Source of the DNA: an uncultured Verrucomicrobiae bacterium
GTDB taxonomy: Bacteria; Verrucomicrobiota; Verrucomicrobiia; Chthoniobacterales; UBA10450
NCBI GenBank assembly: GCA_963756875.1
Contig: CAVWPA010000003.1
Coordinates: 960,001-1,024,000, forward strand
Length of the DNA: 64,000 nt
Reading direction: 5' to 3'
Below, piece by piece: positions 38,421-47,957 of this stretch. The position numbers were made by a program, and so were the translations under genes. Each line of letters starts with the position of its first letter. Position 1 is the stretch's first letter. The notes under the pieces were generated by a model. The model did no database searches. It was not told where the DNA came from and saw only the letters and a list, made by a program, of their open reading frames with translations.

Positions 38421-39110
38421 ATGCACGACAAAGAAAAAAAAGGAAATTTCAAAGCGATTTTCTTCGATGCGGCCGGCACGCTTTTTTACCTGCCCAAGGG
38501 AGTCGGTTATCATTATGCCCTTGTTGGAAGGGAAATCGGGCTCGATCTCGATCCGGCGGCGGCCGATCGCGCGTTCAACGCCGCCTGGGATTCCATGCCG
38601 CCGCGTCAACCGATCGACGGACCACGCGAAGATGACGATAAAGATTGGTGGCGACAATTGGTCGATCTTGTTCTGAATCAGGTCGCGCCCACGGCGAACG
38701 AATTCGACCGCGATAATTTTTTTGAAATCGCCTACGAACACTTCGCAGAGGCCGGCGTATGGGAACTTTATCCGGAAGTCGTTGATGTTTTGGAGAAACT
38801 GCGACCGCAGTATCAGCTCGCGGTCGTTTCCAATTTTGACGGACGATTGCGCTTCACGCTCGAACATCTGGGCATTTCGAAATTTTTCGTGCACGTTTTC
38901 GTGTCCAGCGAACTGGGCGTGGACAAACCCGATCCGGAGATTTTTCGCCGAGCCTTAAAGCTGATCGGTTTGAGTCCGGGCGACGCCTTGCATGTTGGCG
39001 ACGATTCGGAGCGCGACTGGAATGCAGCTACCGCGGCCGGATTGTCGGTTTTTCGCCTGGACCGGCGGCGAAACTCGCTGCGGGACCTGCTTTCCTTTCT
39101 GAATCTGTAG
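38421..39110 (+). CDS. HAD-superfamily hydrolase (subfamily IA)
   Basis: FFDAAGTL, VSNFD, KPDPEIF, HVGDD..RD. Confidence 0.92.
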   Translation: MHDKEKKGNFKAIFFDAAGTLFYLPKGVGYHYALVGREIGLDLDPAAADRAFNAAWDSMPPRQPIDGPREDDDKDWWRQLVDLVLNQVAPTANEFDRDNFFEIAYEHFAEAGVWELYPEVVDVLEKLRPQYQLAVVSNFDGRLRFTLEHLGISKFFVHVFVSSELGVDKPDPEIFRRALKLIGLSPGDALHVGDDSERDWNAATAAGLSVFRLDRRRNSLRDLLSFLNL

Positions 39111-39163
39111 CGGCGGCTTGCCGGCTTGAACAATTATTTGGCAGGCGACGGGCCTGCCCTACA
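39106..39163. repeat. REP-like doublet supplying the HAD stop codon
   Basis: TGTAGCGGCGGCTTGCCGGC...GCAGGCGACGGGCCTGCCCTACA. Confidence 0.7.
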
Positions 39164-39210
39164 ATGTTGCGGCGTCACGGGAAGTGCATTAGAAACTTTT
39201 CCCGGCTCGC

Positions 39211-39283
39211 GGGTCGGTAGCTCAATCGGTAGAGCAGCGCCCTTTTAAGGCGTTGGTTCCGGGTTCGAGTCCCGGCCGACCCA
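39211..39283 (+). tRNA. tRNA-Lys (TTT)
   Basis: Acceptor GGGTCGG/CCGACCC, anticodon arm GCGCC-CTTTTAA-GGCGT, GGTTCGAGTCC. Confidence 0.96.
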
Positions 39284-39293
39284 TCATACGCCT

Positions 39294-39376
39294 TGTAGCC
39301 GTCGCTTTCTTGAGCGACGCAAAGCACGCGAGCCGTATTCATACATGGGAGCGCTTCGCAGAGCGAAGCGACTACA
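39294..39376. repeat. REP-like doublet
   Basis: TGTAGCCGTCGCTTTCTTGAGCGACG...CGCTTCGCAGAGCGAAGCGACTACA. Confidence 0.75.
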
Positions 39377-39627
39377 GGATGCAACCGCTGCAACGCGCGC
39401 CAGGCAATTCTGCATGTGAGGCGGCGTTTCGCAGGGCAAACCGGCCGCAATCCGAAGCTGCGCGTTGCAAGAAAAGCTGCAGTTGCATTGCGTCCCGGAA
39501 GGGGTAAATAACCGCCCGAAACTTTGGGCGTTGGCGCTGGTTCAAGTCCTGTCGATCCATGCCAATGAGATCGATAATTGAACCACGTTTTTAGGAAAGA
39601 GAACCAAAACCTGCTCTCTATTAGCCG

Positions 39628-40887
39628 ATGCCCCTGATCTCTTTCCCCCCACGTTCTTCCTCCCGTTCAGCCGTGACTAGGGCTGGCAATGTCGGTCGCC
39701 GGGACACGACGCCAGTGCCGAAAAGCTCGCCCGAAGGCTATCAGCCGCAATTTGACGGACTGCGCGCTCTCGCCGTGCTCACGGTTATGCTGGATCATTT
39801 CAGCGCGGGCGTTCCGAATTTTCCGTTGCCGGATTCCATCCGTCTTGGAGCAACGGGCGTGCGACTGTTTCTCGTCTTGAGCGGCTACTTCATCACCATG
39901 TCGTTGCGCCGTGCTCGCGGCCGGATCGAGGCCGGCGGCTTGTCGGCTCGCCAGGCCCTTGGCTCATTTTATTGGCGGCGATTTCTCCGAATTTTGCCCG
40001 CCTACGGACTGTTTACCATCGTCGGGTTGGTCTTGAATCTGGGCACGATCCGCCAGCACTGGGGCTGGATACTGACCGGCACGGTCAACTGGCTGATCGC
40101 ATGGAGCAACGCATGGCCACCGGCGATTTCGCATCTCTGGTCAATTTGTGTGCAGGAACAATTTTACCTGTTCTGGCCGTTGCTGATCCTGATCCTTCCC
40201 CGCAGATGGATGCTGGGTGCGATCCTCGCGGTCGCGTTGACTGGAGTGGCCTTCCGAATCGGCTGCGTGATGTTCTCGGTGCCGATGATTGCGCGGTGGG
40301 TTTTGCCTTTTGGCAGCCTCGATTCTCTTGCCGCGGGTGCGGCTCTCGGTTGGTACGGCGGCCGGTTGAAGGCGAGCCGCGCGAGTTGGCTGGTCGGCGC
40401 CGTTTGCGTGTCAATGCTCGTCCTGGCTGCAATCTTGCGCGACGGCGATCCCGCCCGGATGAGATCCGTCCTGGTCGAGCCGCTCGAAGCAATCGCGTTC
40501 GTTGTTTTGGTTGCGCGAACGGCCACCGGTTTTCATGGCTGGGTTGCCCGGTTCTTGACGCTGCCCGGCCTGGTCTTTGCGGGACGAATCAGCTACGGGC
40601 TGTACATTTACCACGTATTGGTAGCGGTGCTCTTTGATCTTTGGATGCCGGCGCCGCTGCGATGGTTGCTGGTGGTGCCGGCGGCGCGACTGACGATGTT
40701 CGGCATCGTCACGCTTCTGGTCGCAGCGGTATCCTGGCGGTTGCTTGAAGAACCGATAAACCGCTTTCGCGGCGGCAAGAAACGGCCAGCAATTACTCCG
40801 GCTCCGGGCGCGGATTCGGAACCCGCTCTCGTATCTTCGCCGCAGCCGGTTGCGCCGCTTGCTGTTCTGGCCGTACGGCCCGAATAA
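39628..40887 (+). CDS. Acyltransferase family 3 (OafA-like O-acetyltransferase)
   Basis: DGLRALAV, FLVLSGYFI, FYWRRFLRILP, HLWS...EQFY, GRISYGLYIYH. Confidence 0.9.
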   Translation: MPLISFPPRSSSRSAVTRAGNVGRRDTTPVPKSSPEGYQPQFDGLRALAVLTVMLDHFSAGVPNFPLPDSIRLGATGVRLFLVLSGYFITMSLRRARGRIEAGGLSARQALGSFYWRRFLRILPAYGLFTIVGLVLNLGTIRQHWGWILTGTVNWLIAWSNAWPPAISHLWSICVQEQFYLFWPLLILILPRRWMLGAILAVALTGVAFRIGCVMFSVPMIARWVLPFGSLDSLAAGAALGWYGGRLKASRASWLVGAVCVSMLVLAAILRDGDPARMRSVLVEPLEAIAFVVLVARTATGFHGWVARFLTLPGLVFAGRISYGLYIYHVLVAVLFDLWMPAPLRWLLVVPAARLTMFGIVTLLVAAVSWRLLEEPINRFRGGKKRPAITPAPGADSEPALVSSPQPVAPLAVLAVRPE

Positions 40888-40914
40888 GTCGGTGTCGGCC
40901 ACCAGCCGACGGCT

Positions 40915-42177
40915 ATGCTCCGACAATCTGCCGTTCTGCTCATAATCCTTTTAGGAGCGACTTTCGCGAACGCTGCGGAATTCGATCTCGCGGCGGGCGC
41001 AACGAATCAGCTCGGCGTCGACCTCTATCGGCAACTGGCCGTAAACGATGAAAACCTCTGCATCTCGCCTTACTCCATCCAAACTGCGCTGGTCATGACC
41101 TTTGCCGGCGCCGCGGGCGAGACGCGCACGGAAATGGCGCGCATTCTTCACTTCCCAAACGGAGGCGACGCGGTTCATTCGTCATTCGCATCGTTGCAAC
41201 GTTCGCTTGAGGAGATTACGCAGAAGACTGAGAAAATCGCCGAGCGATCGCAAAAACGAGGCGGCCCGAGCGAGCCGATCACATTAGCGATGGCCAATCG
41301 GTTGTTCGCTCAAACCGGATACGATTTTCGGGATTCGTTCCGCGAACTGGTAAAAAAATTCTACGGCGCGCCGTTCGAGACGATGGATTTTCGCAAAGAC
41401 GCCGCGGGCGCAAGACAGCGCATCAACCAATGGGTCGCTGATCAGACGCGAGACAGGATTCGCGACTTGATCCCGCCGAACGGACTTAACGAGACGACAC
41501 GCCTTGTCCTGGCGAACGCGATCTATCTCAAGGCGCAGTGGGCGGCGCAATTTTCTGACGCTGCGACAAAACCGCAGCCGTTTCACGTTCGCGGTGGCGC
41601 GAGTGTTGATGTGCCGATGATGCAAAAAGAAGATCGGCACTTCGGTTACGCGAAGCGCGATGGATTTACTGCAGTCGCTCTTCCTTACACCGGCAGCGAA
41701 CTGCAATTTCTTGTTTTGCTGCCGGACAAGACAGACGGGTTGCGCGATCTCGAATCGAAACTGACTGGCGATGTGTTGAACCAATGCGCAAAACTTGGGA
41801 AGCAAGAGGTCGATCTGTATTTGCCGAAGTTTAAGCTGGAACCACCGACGATCGCCCTGGCCCAGGCATTGCAGGCTCTTGGGATGAAAAGCGCGTTCGA
41901 TCGGCCGCCAGGCAGCGCGAATTTCGATGGGATCGCTCCGCGAAAACCGAACGATTATCTTTATCTTTCACAAGTCTTTCACAAAACATTCATCGCGGTG
42001 GATGAAAAGGGAACCGAAGCTGCCGCGGCGACGGCTGTCACGATGCTGGCCACATCCGCCATGAGGCCCAGACCCCAGCCGATCGAAGTGAAAGTTGATC
42101 GCCCCTTCCTTTATGCGATTCAGCACGTGCCCAGCGGTGCGTGTTTGTTCATTGGCCGCGTAACCAATCCACGCTAA
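40915..42177 (+). CDS. Secreted serpin (serine protease inhibitor)
   Basis: Signal peptide, SPYSI, LANAIYLKAQW, LPKFK, hinge VDEKGTEAAAAT, VDRPFLYAI...LFIGRVTNP. Confidence 0.95.
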   Translation: MLRQSAVLLIILLGATFANAAEFDLAAGATNQLGVDLYRQLAVNDENLCISPYSIQTALVMTFAGAAGETRTEMARILHFPNGGDAVHSSFASLQRSLEEITQKTEKIAERSQKRGGPSEPITLAMANRLFAQTGYDFRDSFRELVKKFYGAPFETMDFRKDAAGARQRINQWVADQTRDRIRDLIPPNGLNETTRLVLANAIYLKAQWAAQFSDAATKPQPFHVRGGASVDVPMMQKEDRHFGYAKRDGFTAVALPYTGSELQFLVLLPDKTDGLRDLESKLTGDVLNQCAKLGKQEVDLYLPKFKLEPPTIALAQALQALGMKSAFDRPPGSANFDGIAPRKPNDYLYLSQVFHKTFIAVDEKGTEAAAATAVTMLATSAMRPRPQPIEVKVDRPFLYAIQHVPSGACLFIGRVTNPR

Positions 42178-42710
42178 TGGACTTTTCAACGCTGGCCAAT
42201 CTGATCAATGCGGTTGCGGTCACTGCCGGTGTTCTTTTCGCCGCTGCACAGATTAGCTACTATCGGAGGCGACGCCGGCGGGAGGCAATGTTGGACCTGG
42301 TCCGCTCGTTCCAAAGTCCGACGTTTGCAAAAGCGCTGCGCCGAATCGTCGAACTGCCGGAAGGCGCCACTGCCGAAGCACTTGTAGAAATCCTTGGCGC
42401 GGATGGTGAAGACCTGCTGGCCCATCTGACCGCTACCTGGGAAACGCTCGGCGTCTTGCTTTATCATAAGGAGATATCGCTGGAGATGATCGACGATTTC
42501 TTTAGCGGCCCGATTTTGATTTGCTGGCGAAAACTGCAGTCCTATATCAAAGAGATGCGCCGGCGGTACGATCGCGAAACATGGTTTGAATGGTTTCAAT
42601 GGCTTGCCGAACGGATGCATGAGCGCGAATCGGCGACGCCGGCCGTGCCCGCCTACATCGCTCACGCCCGCGGCACGAAATCTTACGATCAGTGGCTGCG
42701 AAGAAAATAG
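42177..42710 (+). CDS. Hypothetical protein with N-terminal TM (DUF4760-like)
   Basis: TM helix, WETLGVLL...IDDFF...FEWFQWLAER. The start overlaps the serpin stop (TAATG). Confidence 0.65.
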   Translation: MDFSTLANLINAVAVTAGVLFAAAQISYYRRRRRREAMLDLVRSFQSPTFAKALRRIVELPEGATAEALVEILGADGEDLLAHLTATWETLGVLLYHKEISLEMIDDFFSGPILICWRKLQSYIKEMRRRYDRETWFEWFQWLAERMHERESATPAVPAYIAHARGTKSYDQWLRRK

Positions 42711-43216
42711 TTTAACCGGCCGTCGATGATCGCGGCCGCCGACGTGAATGGGTGTGGCTTGGTTTTGTTCGCGTCCAGAATGTGTGTGACGTCAACGCCG
42801 CGCGCTTTCAGGTAATCGGAAATTAGTGAACGATGGCAGCGCCACCAGACCGCCTCCGCGCATAGGATTGTTGTGGGCCCGGTTTTTTCCGCCAGGCGAA
42901 GAAGCCGTTCCACGCCTTCGCGAAACGGCTCCGTCTCCATGTAATCGGCATATCCGCGGAACGAAGCGTTGCGCCAGGCCATGTTACGCGAATCCTTTTT
43001 CGGTTTCCTTCGTCCGCCCAACTCCGGGAGATGCTCGTATTGAATGCCGGAGTTCCCTAACGACTCTGCAAGCGACTCCTTGTTAAACTGCGGATAACGC
43101 TTGGATCCCGGCAGGGTTCGCACGTCGACGACTAATTTGATTCCATTCGCTTTCAGCGCGGAAACGAAATCGTTGATATCTCGCGTTGAATGACCAATCG
43201 TCCAAATTTGAGTCAT
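42689..43216 (-). CDS. DUF488 family protein
   Basis: IWTIGHSTR, DVRTLPGS, LGGRR, CAEAVWWRCHR. Confidence 0.9.
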   Translation of the reverse strand: MTQIWTIGHSTRDINDFVSALKANGIKLVVDVRTLPGSKRYPQFNKESLAESLGNSGIQYEHLPELGGRRKPKKDSRNMAWRNASFRGYADYMETEPFREGVERLLRLAEKTGPTTILCAEAVWWRCHRSLISDYLKARGVDVTHILDANKTKPHPFTSAAAIIDGRLNYFLRSH

Positions 43217-43290
43217 GTTTTCCAAGATGCTTTTGCGATGGGCGTCGATAGGAGAGCGACTGATTGTCTTTCTAATCCGACAATCCTGCT

Positions 43291-44415
43291 TCACTCGATC
43301 TTTTTACGAAATCTGAGCGCGCAAAGGACGAAGAGCAGGATCGACATTGCGATCAGGATGATCAGGTCCGGCCAGTATTCCCAAAGATGCGCGCCGCGCA
43401 GAATGATCGCGCGCATGAGCGAGATGAAATAGGTCGTCGGGAAAAGCGCGCCGAGCGCGTAAAAGATCCACGGCATCGTTTCCCGTGGGAAAATGAAACC
43501 GGAGAAGAAGACACTTGGAAGCATGAAAACCATCGACATCTGCAGAGCTTGCATCTGATTTGTGGCTTTGGTTCCCACGAGCAGGCCGAGGCTGAGCAGC
43601 GCGAATACGTAGACCAACGTGGAAAACAGCATGGCGGTGACGCTGCCGACGATCGGCACGCTGAAGAGAAAACGCATGATCAAAAACAGCGTGATCGCCA
43701 TGGCCATCCCGATGCAAAGATAAGGAACCAGTTTGCCAAGCATGAGGCCCGCGCGGCTTAACGGACTAACAAGTAATTGTTCCAGCGTGCCCCGTTCCCG
43801 CTCCCGCACGAGCGCCATGGCCGTCGCGACGACCGTGCCGATTTGCAGCACCACGCCAATTACACCGGGGACGAAAAAATTCGGCGCGCGCATTGCCGGG
43901 TTGTAAAGCATCTGCGGACGAAGATCGATCGGAGGAGCGCGCCGGCCCGTCTCGCGCAGGAGCGTTTCCAGGGATTGGGTCAAAGTCACACCGAGTCCGG
44001 TATTGAGCGCCTGCAGCGCGGTAGTGGAATTTGATCCATCCACAATTAATTGGACCTGCGCGGAATGGCCCGCGCGCAGTTCTCGAGTGAAATTCGGCGG
44101 GATATCCAACGCGGCATAAGCGCGCCCCCTGCGCATTTCGCTTTTCAACTCTGCTATGCTTTGGACTTCGCCCACCACGCGAAAAGTCTCGGTGTTTACA
44201 AATCGATCGATGAGCTGGCGGCTTTCCACGGTGCGGTCCTCATTCAGAACAAGCATCGCCATATGTTTTACGTCGTTGTCGAGGGCATAGCCGAACGCAA
44301 TCATTTCAATCAGCGGTGGAAAAAACATGAAGAACAGCGTCATCGGATCGCGCCAGACGACGATGAATTCCTTGAACAAGATTGCGCCGAGCCCGCGGAA
44401 GAGCTTGCTTCTCAT
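43291..44415 (-). CDS. ABC-2 type transporter permease (YbhR/YbhS-like)
   Basis: KEF...RDP, VDGSNS, YNP, VRERERGTLEQLLVSP, SGFIFPRETMP. Confidence 0.92.
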   Translation of the reverse strand: MRSKLFRGLGAILFKEFIVVWRDPMTLFFMFFPPLIEMIAFGYALDNDVKHMAMLVLNEDRTVESRQLIDRFVNTETFRVVGEVQSIAELKSEMRRGRAYAALDIPPNFTRELRAGHSAQVQLIVDGSNSTTALQALNTGLGVTLTQSLETLLRETGRRAPPIDLRPQMLYNPAMRAPNFFVPGVIGVVLQIGTVVATAMALVRERERGTLEQLLVSPLSRAGLMLGKLVPYLCIGMAMAITLFLIMRFLFSVPIVGSVTAMLFSTLVYVFALLSLGLLVGTKATNQMQALQMSMVFMLPSVFFSGFIFPRETMPWIFYALGALFPTTYFISLMRAIILRGAHLWEYWPDLIILIAMSILLFVLCALRFRKKIE

Positions 44416-44417
44416 AT

Positions 44418-45392
44418 TTACGCCGCCTTCTGCTTCGGCTCCGCTTTTGCGTACTTCGCGCTCAAGGTAACGAAAACATCTTCAAGAGAAGGGCCGATCT
44501 CGTGGATCTCCGCATGCGAAATCGCGACCTGACGCAATTTCTCCTCGATCTTCGCGCTGGTGAGATTTTCGTCCACCAGGAGGTGCATTGATTGACCGAA
44601 CACGGTCGCGCTTCGCACCCCGGGCATCTGGTGCATAGCTTGCAGTGCGGTCGTGACGTGATCGCACGTGACATCAAGCCGGCGCGTGCCGCGCGGGTTT
44701 ACTTCCGGCATGCGCTTTAGCTCGTCCGGCTCTCCGCACACGATCAATTTCGACATGTAAATGTAACCGACATGATCGCACCGCTCGGCTTCGTCCATGT
44801 AATGCGTTGTGACAAAAAGCGTCATGCCCTCGCCGGCGAATTGGAAAAGCAAATCCCAAAGCTCCCGCCGAGCGACGGGATCGATGCCGGCCGTCGGTTC
44901 GTCCAGGAACAGGACGATCGGTTTGTGCATGAGCGAACAGGCCATGGCAAGCCGTTGCCGCCAGCCGCCGGAAAGCTGCGCCGCGCGCCTGCCGAGGTAC
45001 GGTTCCAGGTGGGTCGTTGCGATCATCTCATCGCGCCGCTGAGTCAATCCACGATCGCTCAAACCGTAAAGTTTTCCGGCGAAGATGAGGTTCTCGTTCA
45101 CGGTCAGCTCGTCATAGAGCGAGAACTGTTGCGACATGTAACCGATGATGTCCTTGATCGATTCGGTGTCGCGAATGACATCGTGCCCGTTGATGCGCGC
45201 GGTGCCTTCGGTCGGTTCGAGAATCCCGCAGAGCATTCGAATGATCGTCGATTTGCCGGAACCGTTCGGTCCGAGAAACCCGAAGATCGACCCTTTCCCG
45301 ACAGAAAACGAAACGTGATCGACGGCGGTGAAATTGCCGAACCGTTTGGTCAGACCCTCGCACTCGATCATGGGTTCCACGTTTGTTGTCAT
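44418..45392 (-). CDS. ABC transporter ATP-binding protein
   Basis: GPNGSGKST, LSGGWRQR, FLDEPT, TTHYMDEA. Start is uncertain (45371-45392). Confidence 0.93.
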   Translation of the reverse strand: MTTNVEPMIECEGLTKRFGNFTAVDHVSFSVGKGSIFGFLGPNGSGKSTIIRMLCGILEPTEGTARINGHDVIRDTESIKDIIGYMSQQFSLYDELTVNENLIFAGKLYGLSDRGLTQRRDEMIATTHLEPYLGRRAAQLSGGWRQRLAMACSLMHKPIVLFLDEPTAGIDPVARRELWDLLFQFAGEGMTLFVTTHYMDEAERCDHVGYIYMSKLIVCGEPDELKRMPEVNPRGTRRLDVTCDHVTTALQAMHQMPGVRSATVFGQSMHLLVDENLTSAKIEEKLRQVAISHAEIHEIGPSLEDVFVTLSAKYAKAEPKQKAA

Positions 45393-45485
45393 CTCGAGCG
45401 AAGCGGGTTGGAGTGCAGCGCAGTCAAAGTAATTGATGTACCCATGGCATTTCCGCGAGGTCCCTTGCATTCGTTAGGCATGCCA
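45387..45485. repeat. Degenerate TGTCAT-family palindromic repeat within the ABC operon
   Basis: TGTCATCTCGAGCGAAGCG...GAGGTCCCTTGCATTCGTTAGGCATGCCA. Confidence 0.55.
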
Positions 45486-45486
45486 T

Positions 45487-46347
45487 TCATTTTATGTTCG
45501 CGAAATAAGCGTCCGCTGCCATGCCGGCGCGCAGACGGTCGTCATTGTTTGGCAAACGAATCTTCACGCCGAAGACCTGATGAATGCGATCTGCGACGGT
45601 CTGCACATTGCGCGGCGTGAATTCGGCTTGACGATTGATCTGCTCGACCACGCCGGGGAAATCGGTATGCGGAAACGAATCAGTCCGGATGCGCACACGC
45701 TCGCCCAGCTTAATCAAGCCCAGCCACGTTTCAGGCACGTAAACGCGCACCCAGAGGTGCTGCGGCAACAGCAGCGTGGCCACCTCACCGTTCGGCGGCA
45801 GAACGTCGCCTACCTTCACGCTTAACACTTCCAGAATCGAGTCGGTCGGCGCGACAACCTGCATCTCCGCCAGTTGCGCGTCGATGTCGGCCAACTGCGC
45901 ACGCGCCTGAATAATCCGCATCTGTGCCGCTTCCACGCTTTTTGCCTGCGCTTTCGCAGCGCTCTCCGCGCGCTCGGCGTCATTCGGCGAAACGACTTTG
46001 TGTTTTAAAAGGTCCTCCTGTCGCTTTGCATCGGCGCGCAAAAATTCGAGCTGCGCGGCCTGTGCGCCGGCATCGCGGATCGCAGTGTCGATTTGAGCTG
46101 CGGCCAGGTTGCGGCGCGCCCGCAACTCGGACGCTTCCAATTGCGCGATTAATTGACCTTGATGCAGTCGATCGCCTTCCCGCGCGAAAATCTTCTCCAC
46201 GCGTCCGCTTGAGCGCGGACCGACGTGTGCTTCATCCACTTCAATCGTTCCGGAAACAGCGTTCTTCCGATTTTGGCAGCCGCAGGCCAGGATCAACAAT
46301 GCAAGCAAAGCCAGGGTGGGAGGCAGGTTTTTGATGTTTGGTCGCAC
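45487..46347 (-). CDS. HlyD family membrane-fusion protein
   Basis: Lipoprotein-like signal, SGTIE, alpha-hairpin, AEFTPRNVQT, LRAGM. Confidence 0.9.
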   Translation of the reverse strand: MRPNIKNLPPTLALLALLILACGCQNRKNAVSGTIEVDEAHVGPRSSGRVEKIFAREGDRLHQGQLIAQLEASELRARRNLAAAQIDTAIRDAGAQAAQLEFLRADAKRQEDLLKHKVVSPNDAERAESAAKAQAKSVEAAQMRIIQARAQLADIDAQLAEMQVVAPTDSILEVLSVKVGDVLPPNGEVATLLLPQHLWVRVYVPETWLGLIKLGERVRIRTDSFPHTDFPGVVEQINRQAEFTPRNVQTVADRIHQVFGVKIRLPNNDDRLRAGMAADAYFANIK

Positions 46348-46452
46348 GTTGATTCTTGCTATGAAACGAGATTTCGCTCGCTTCCGCAAGCGGCGCCAAT
46401 TGTCACAAGCGCGCCTTGCCAGCAGCCCGCTTATTCGATAAGTAAAACAGCA

Positions 46453-46866
46453 ATGGCCGGTTACTCAGGAACGCCGCTTGCCCAGAAGCTCGGCATCAAG
46501 CCAGAAAGCTCGGTAATTGTCGTTAATGAACCATCAAACTACCGAAAATTGCTCGGTAAAGGCGCGAAGGATGTGAATTTTTCCGGGCGCACAAGAGACG
46601 GCTCCGATTTCGTTCACTTTTTCACCACACGTCGCAGCGAGTTGCAAAAGCAATTGAAGAAGTTACGCGGGAAAATCGCCGACACCGGAATTGTCTGGGT
46701 GTCGTGGCCGAAAAAATCGGCGGGTGTACCGACCGATGTAACCGAAGACGTGATTCGTTCCGTGGCATTGCCGCTTGGATTTGTCGATGTGAAAGTGTGC
46801 GCTGTGGATGAGACCTGGTCTGGATTGAAGTTGATGATTCGGCGAGAGAACCGAAGATGTAATTGA
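46453..46866 (+). CDS. DUF3052 family protein
   Basis: MAGYSGTPLAQKLGIK, WVSWPKK, DVKVCAVDETWSGLK. Confidence 0.85.
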   Translation: MAGYSGTPLAQKLGIKPESSVIVVNEPSNYRKLLGKGAKDVNFSGRTRDGSDFVHFFTTRRSELQKQLKKLRGKIADTGIVWVSWPKKSAGVPTDVTEDVIRSVALPLGFVDVKVCAVDETWSGLKLMIRRENRRCN

Positions 46867-46955
46867 CTCTCACCAGGCCCTTTCATGTCCTCCTGTCCAT
46901 GGGGGGAGAGGATTGCCTGCCGCGCCGTAGCAAGGTGTAGACGGGAGGTGAGGGC
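46867..46955. repeat. CTCACC...GGAGAGG...GGTGAG palindromic repeat with nested insert
   Basis: Same family as the insertion in imuB (62773-62846). Confidence 0.55.
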
Positions 46956-46976
46956 GCACGTTAATTAGAAATAAAA

Positions 46977-47375
46977 ATGCGACGCTTGGATCACATTGAT
47001 TTGCGAGTGAAAGATTTCCAGCAGGCGATGAAGTTTTATCAAAAACTTCTGCCTGAGCTTGGATTTGGTTGCGATCATTCCGATGAGACGTGGGGGACGT
47101 TTTACTCGGCCGGGAAGGATAAGCCGGCTGAGTTTTTTGGTTTCACGGAAGACAAGCATCATCGACCCAACGGAACGCGCATTGCATTCTGGGCGACTAG
47201 TCGGGGCGAGGTCGATCGGATTGCGAAACTGGTCCGCGAAATCGGTGGCCAGAATTTGGAAGGCCCGGAGATTTGTGCCGGTTACAGCCCGGGCTATTAC
47301 GCCTTCTTTTTTGAGGACCCGGATGGCAACAAGCTGGAAATTTGCTGCCGCGAGAATCCAATCGTTGCGGAGTGA
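46977..47375 (+). CDS. VOC / glyoxalase family protein
   Basis: LDHIDLRV, IAF, YYAFFFEDPDGNKLEI. Confidence 0.9.
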   Translation: MRRLDHIDLRVKDFQQAMKFYQKLLPELGFGCDHSDETWGTFYSAGKDKPAEFFGFTEDKHHRPNGTRIAFWATSRGEVDRIAKLVREIGGQNLEGPEICAGYSPGYYAFFFEDPDGNKLEICCRENPIVAE

Positions 47376-47400
47376 AAAGAGTTCGGCGAAGAGTTGATAA

Positions 47401-47937
47401 ATGACCGAACACGCGCATGAGCTTGCCCTTTTGCAGGGGCAGCGGCGCGTTCGCTATCTCAAGATCATCGCGCTTTTCAAGATCGCGAAGGCGGTGCTCC
47501 TGTTCATTCTCGGATTTTCGCTGCTCTTCGTAAATGCGCGAGACACCTGGATGGATGCAATCTCCAACTGGGCCGCCGACGAAATTCTCCTCGAACATAG
47601 CCGGGCGGTGATCTATTTACTGAACAAGCTGCAAGCGGGGCTGGCCGGAGGAGCTTTGCGCGCGACGGGGCTCCTGGCGTTATTTTATTGCGCTGTTCTC
47701 TTCACGGAAGGATTCGGCGTCTATATGCAACAACGCTGGGCGGAGTTTCTCATGATTTTTGCAACATCGGCGTTTATTCCAATTGAGATTCGCCACCTTT
47801 GGCATCGCCCGAGCCTGATTGCGCTGCTCATTCTGCTGGCGAACCTTTTCATCGTTTGGTTTTTGTATCTCGTCCTCAAACGCGGCAAAACAGAGGCACA
47901 CGCCAAATCGCGCCGCGAACTGGTGGAGACTCGTTAG
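47401..47937 (+). CDS. DUF2127 family membrane protein
   Basis: IIALFK..K, EGFGVY..RWAE, FIPIEI, ANLFIVWFL. Confidence 0.8.
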   Translation: MTEHAHELALLQGQRRVRYLKIIALFKIAKAVLLFILGFSLLFVNARDTWMDAISNWAADEILLEHSRAVIYLLNKLQAGLAGGALRATGLLALFYCAVLFTEGFGVYMQQRWAEFLMIFATSAFIPIEIRHLWHRPSLIALLILLANLFIVWFLYLVLKRGKTEAHAKSRRELVETR

Positions 47938-47957
47938 GTCCGGCGCCGGACTGGCCT

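Noticed and set aside
39430..39470. Cyclic di-GMP-I riboswitch suggested by GGGCAAACC
   Set aside because: The GNRA-capped stem and downstream GGGACGCAAAGC-like segment are missing.
39538..39550. tRNA fragment or att site suggested by GGTTCAAGTCC
   Set aside because: There is no cloverleaf and no match to the 3' end of the neighbouring tRNA-Lys.
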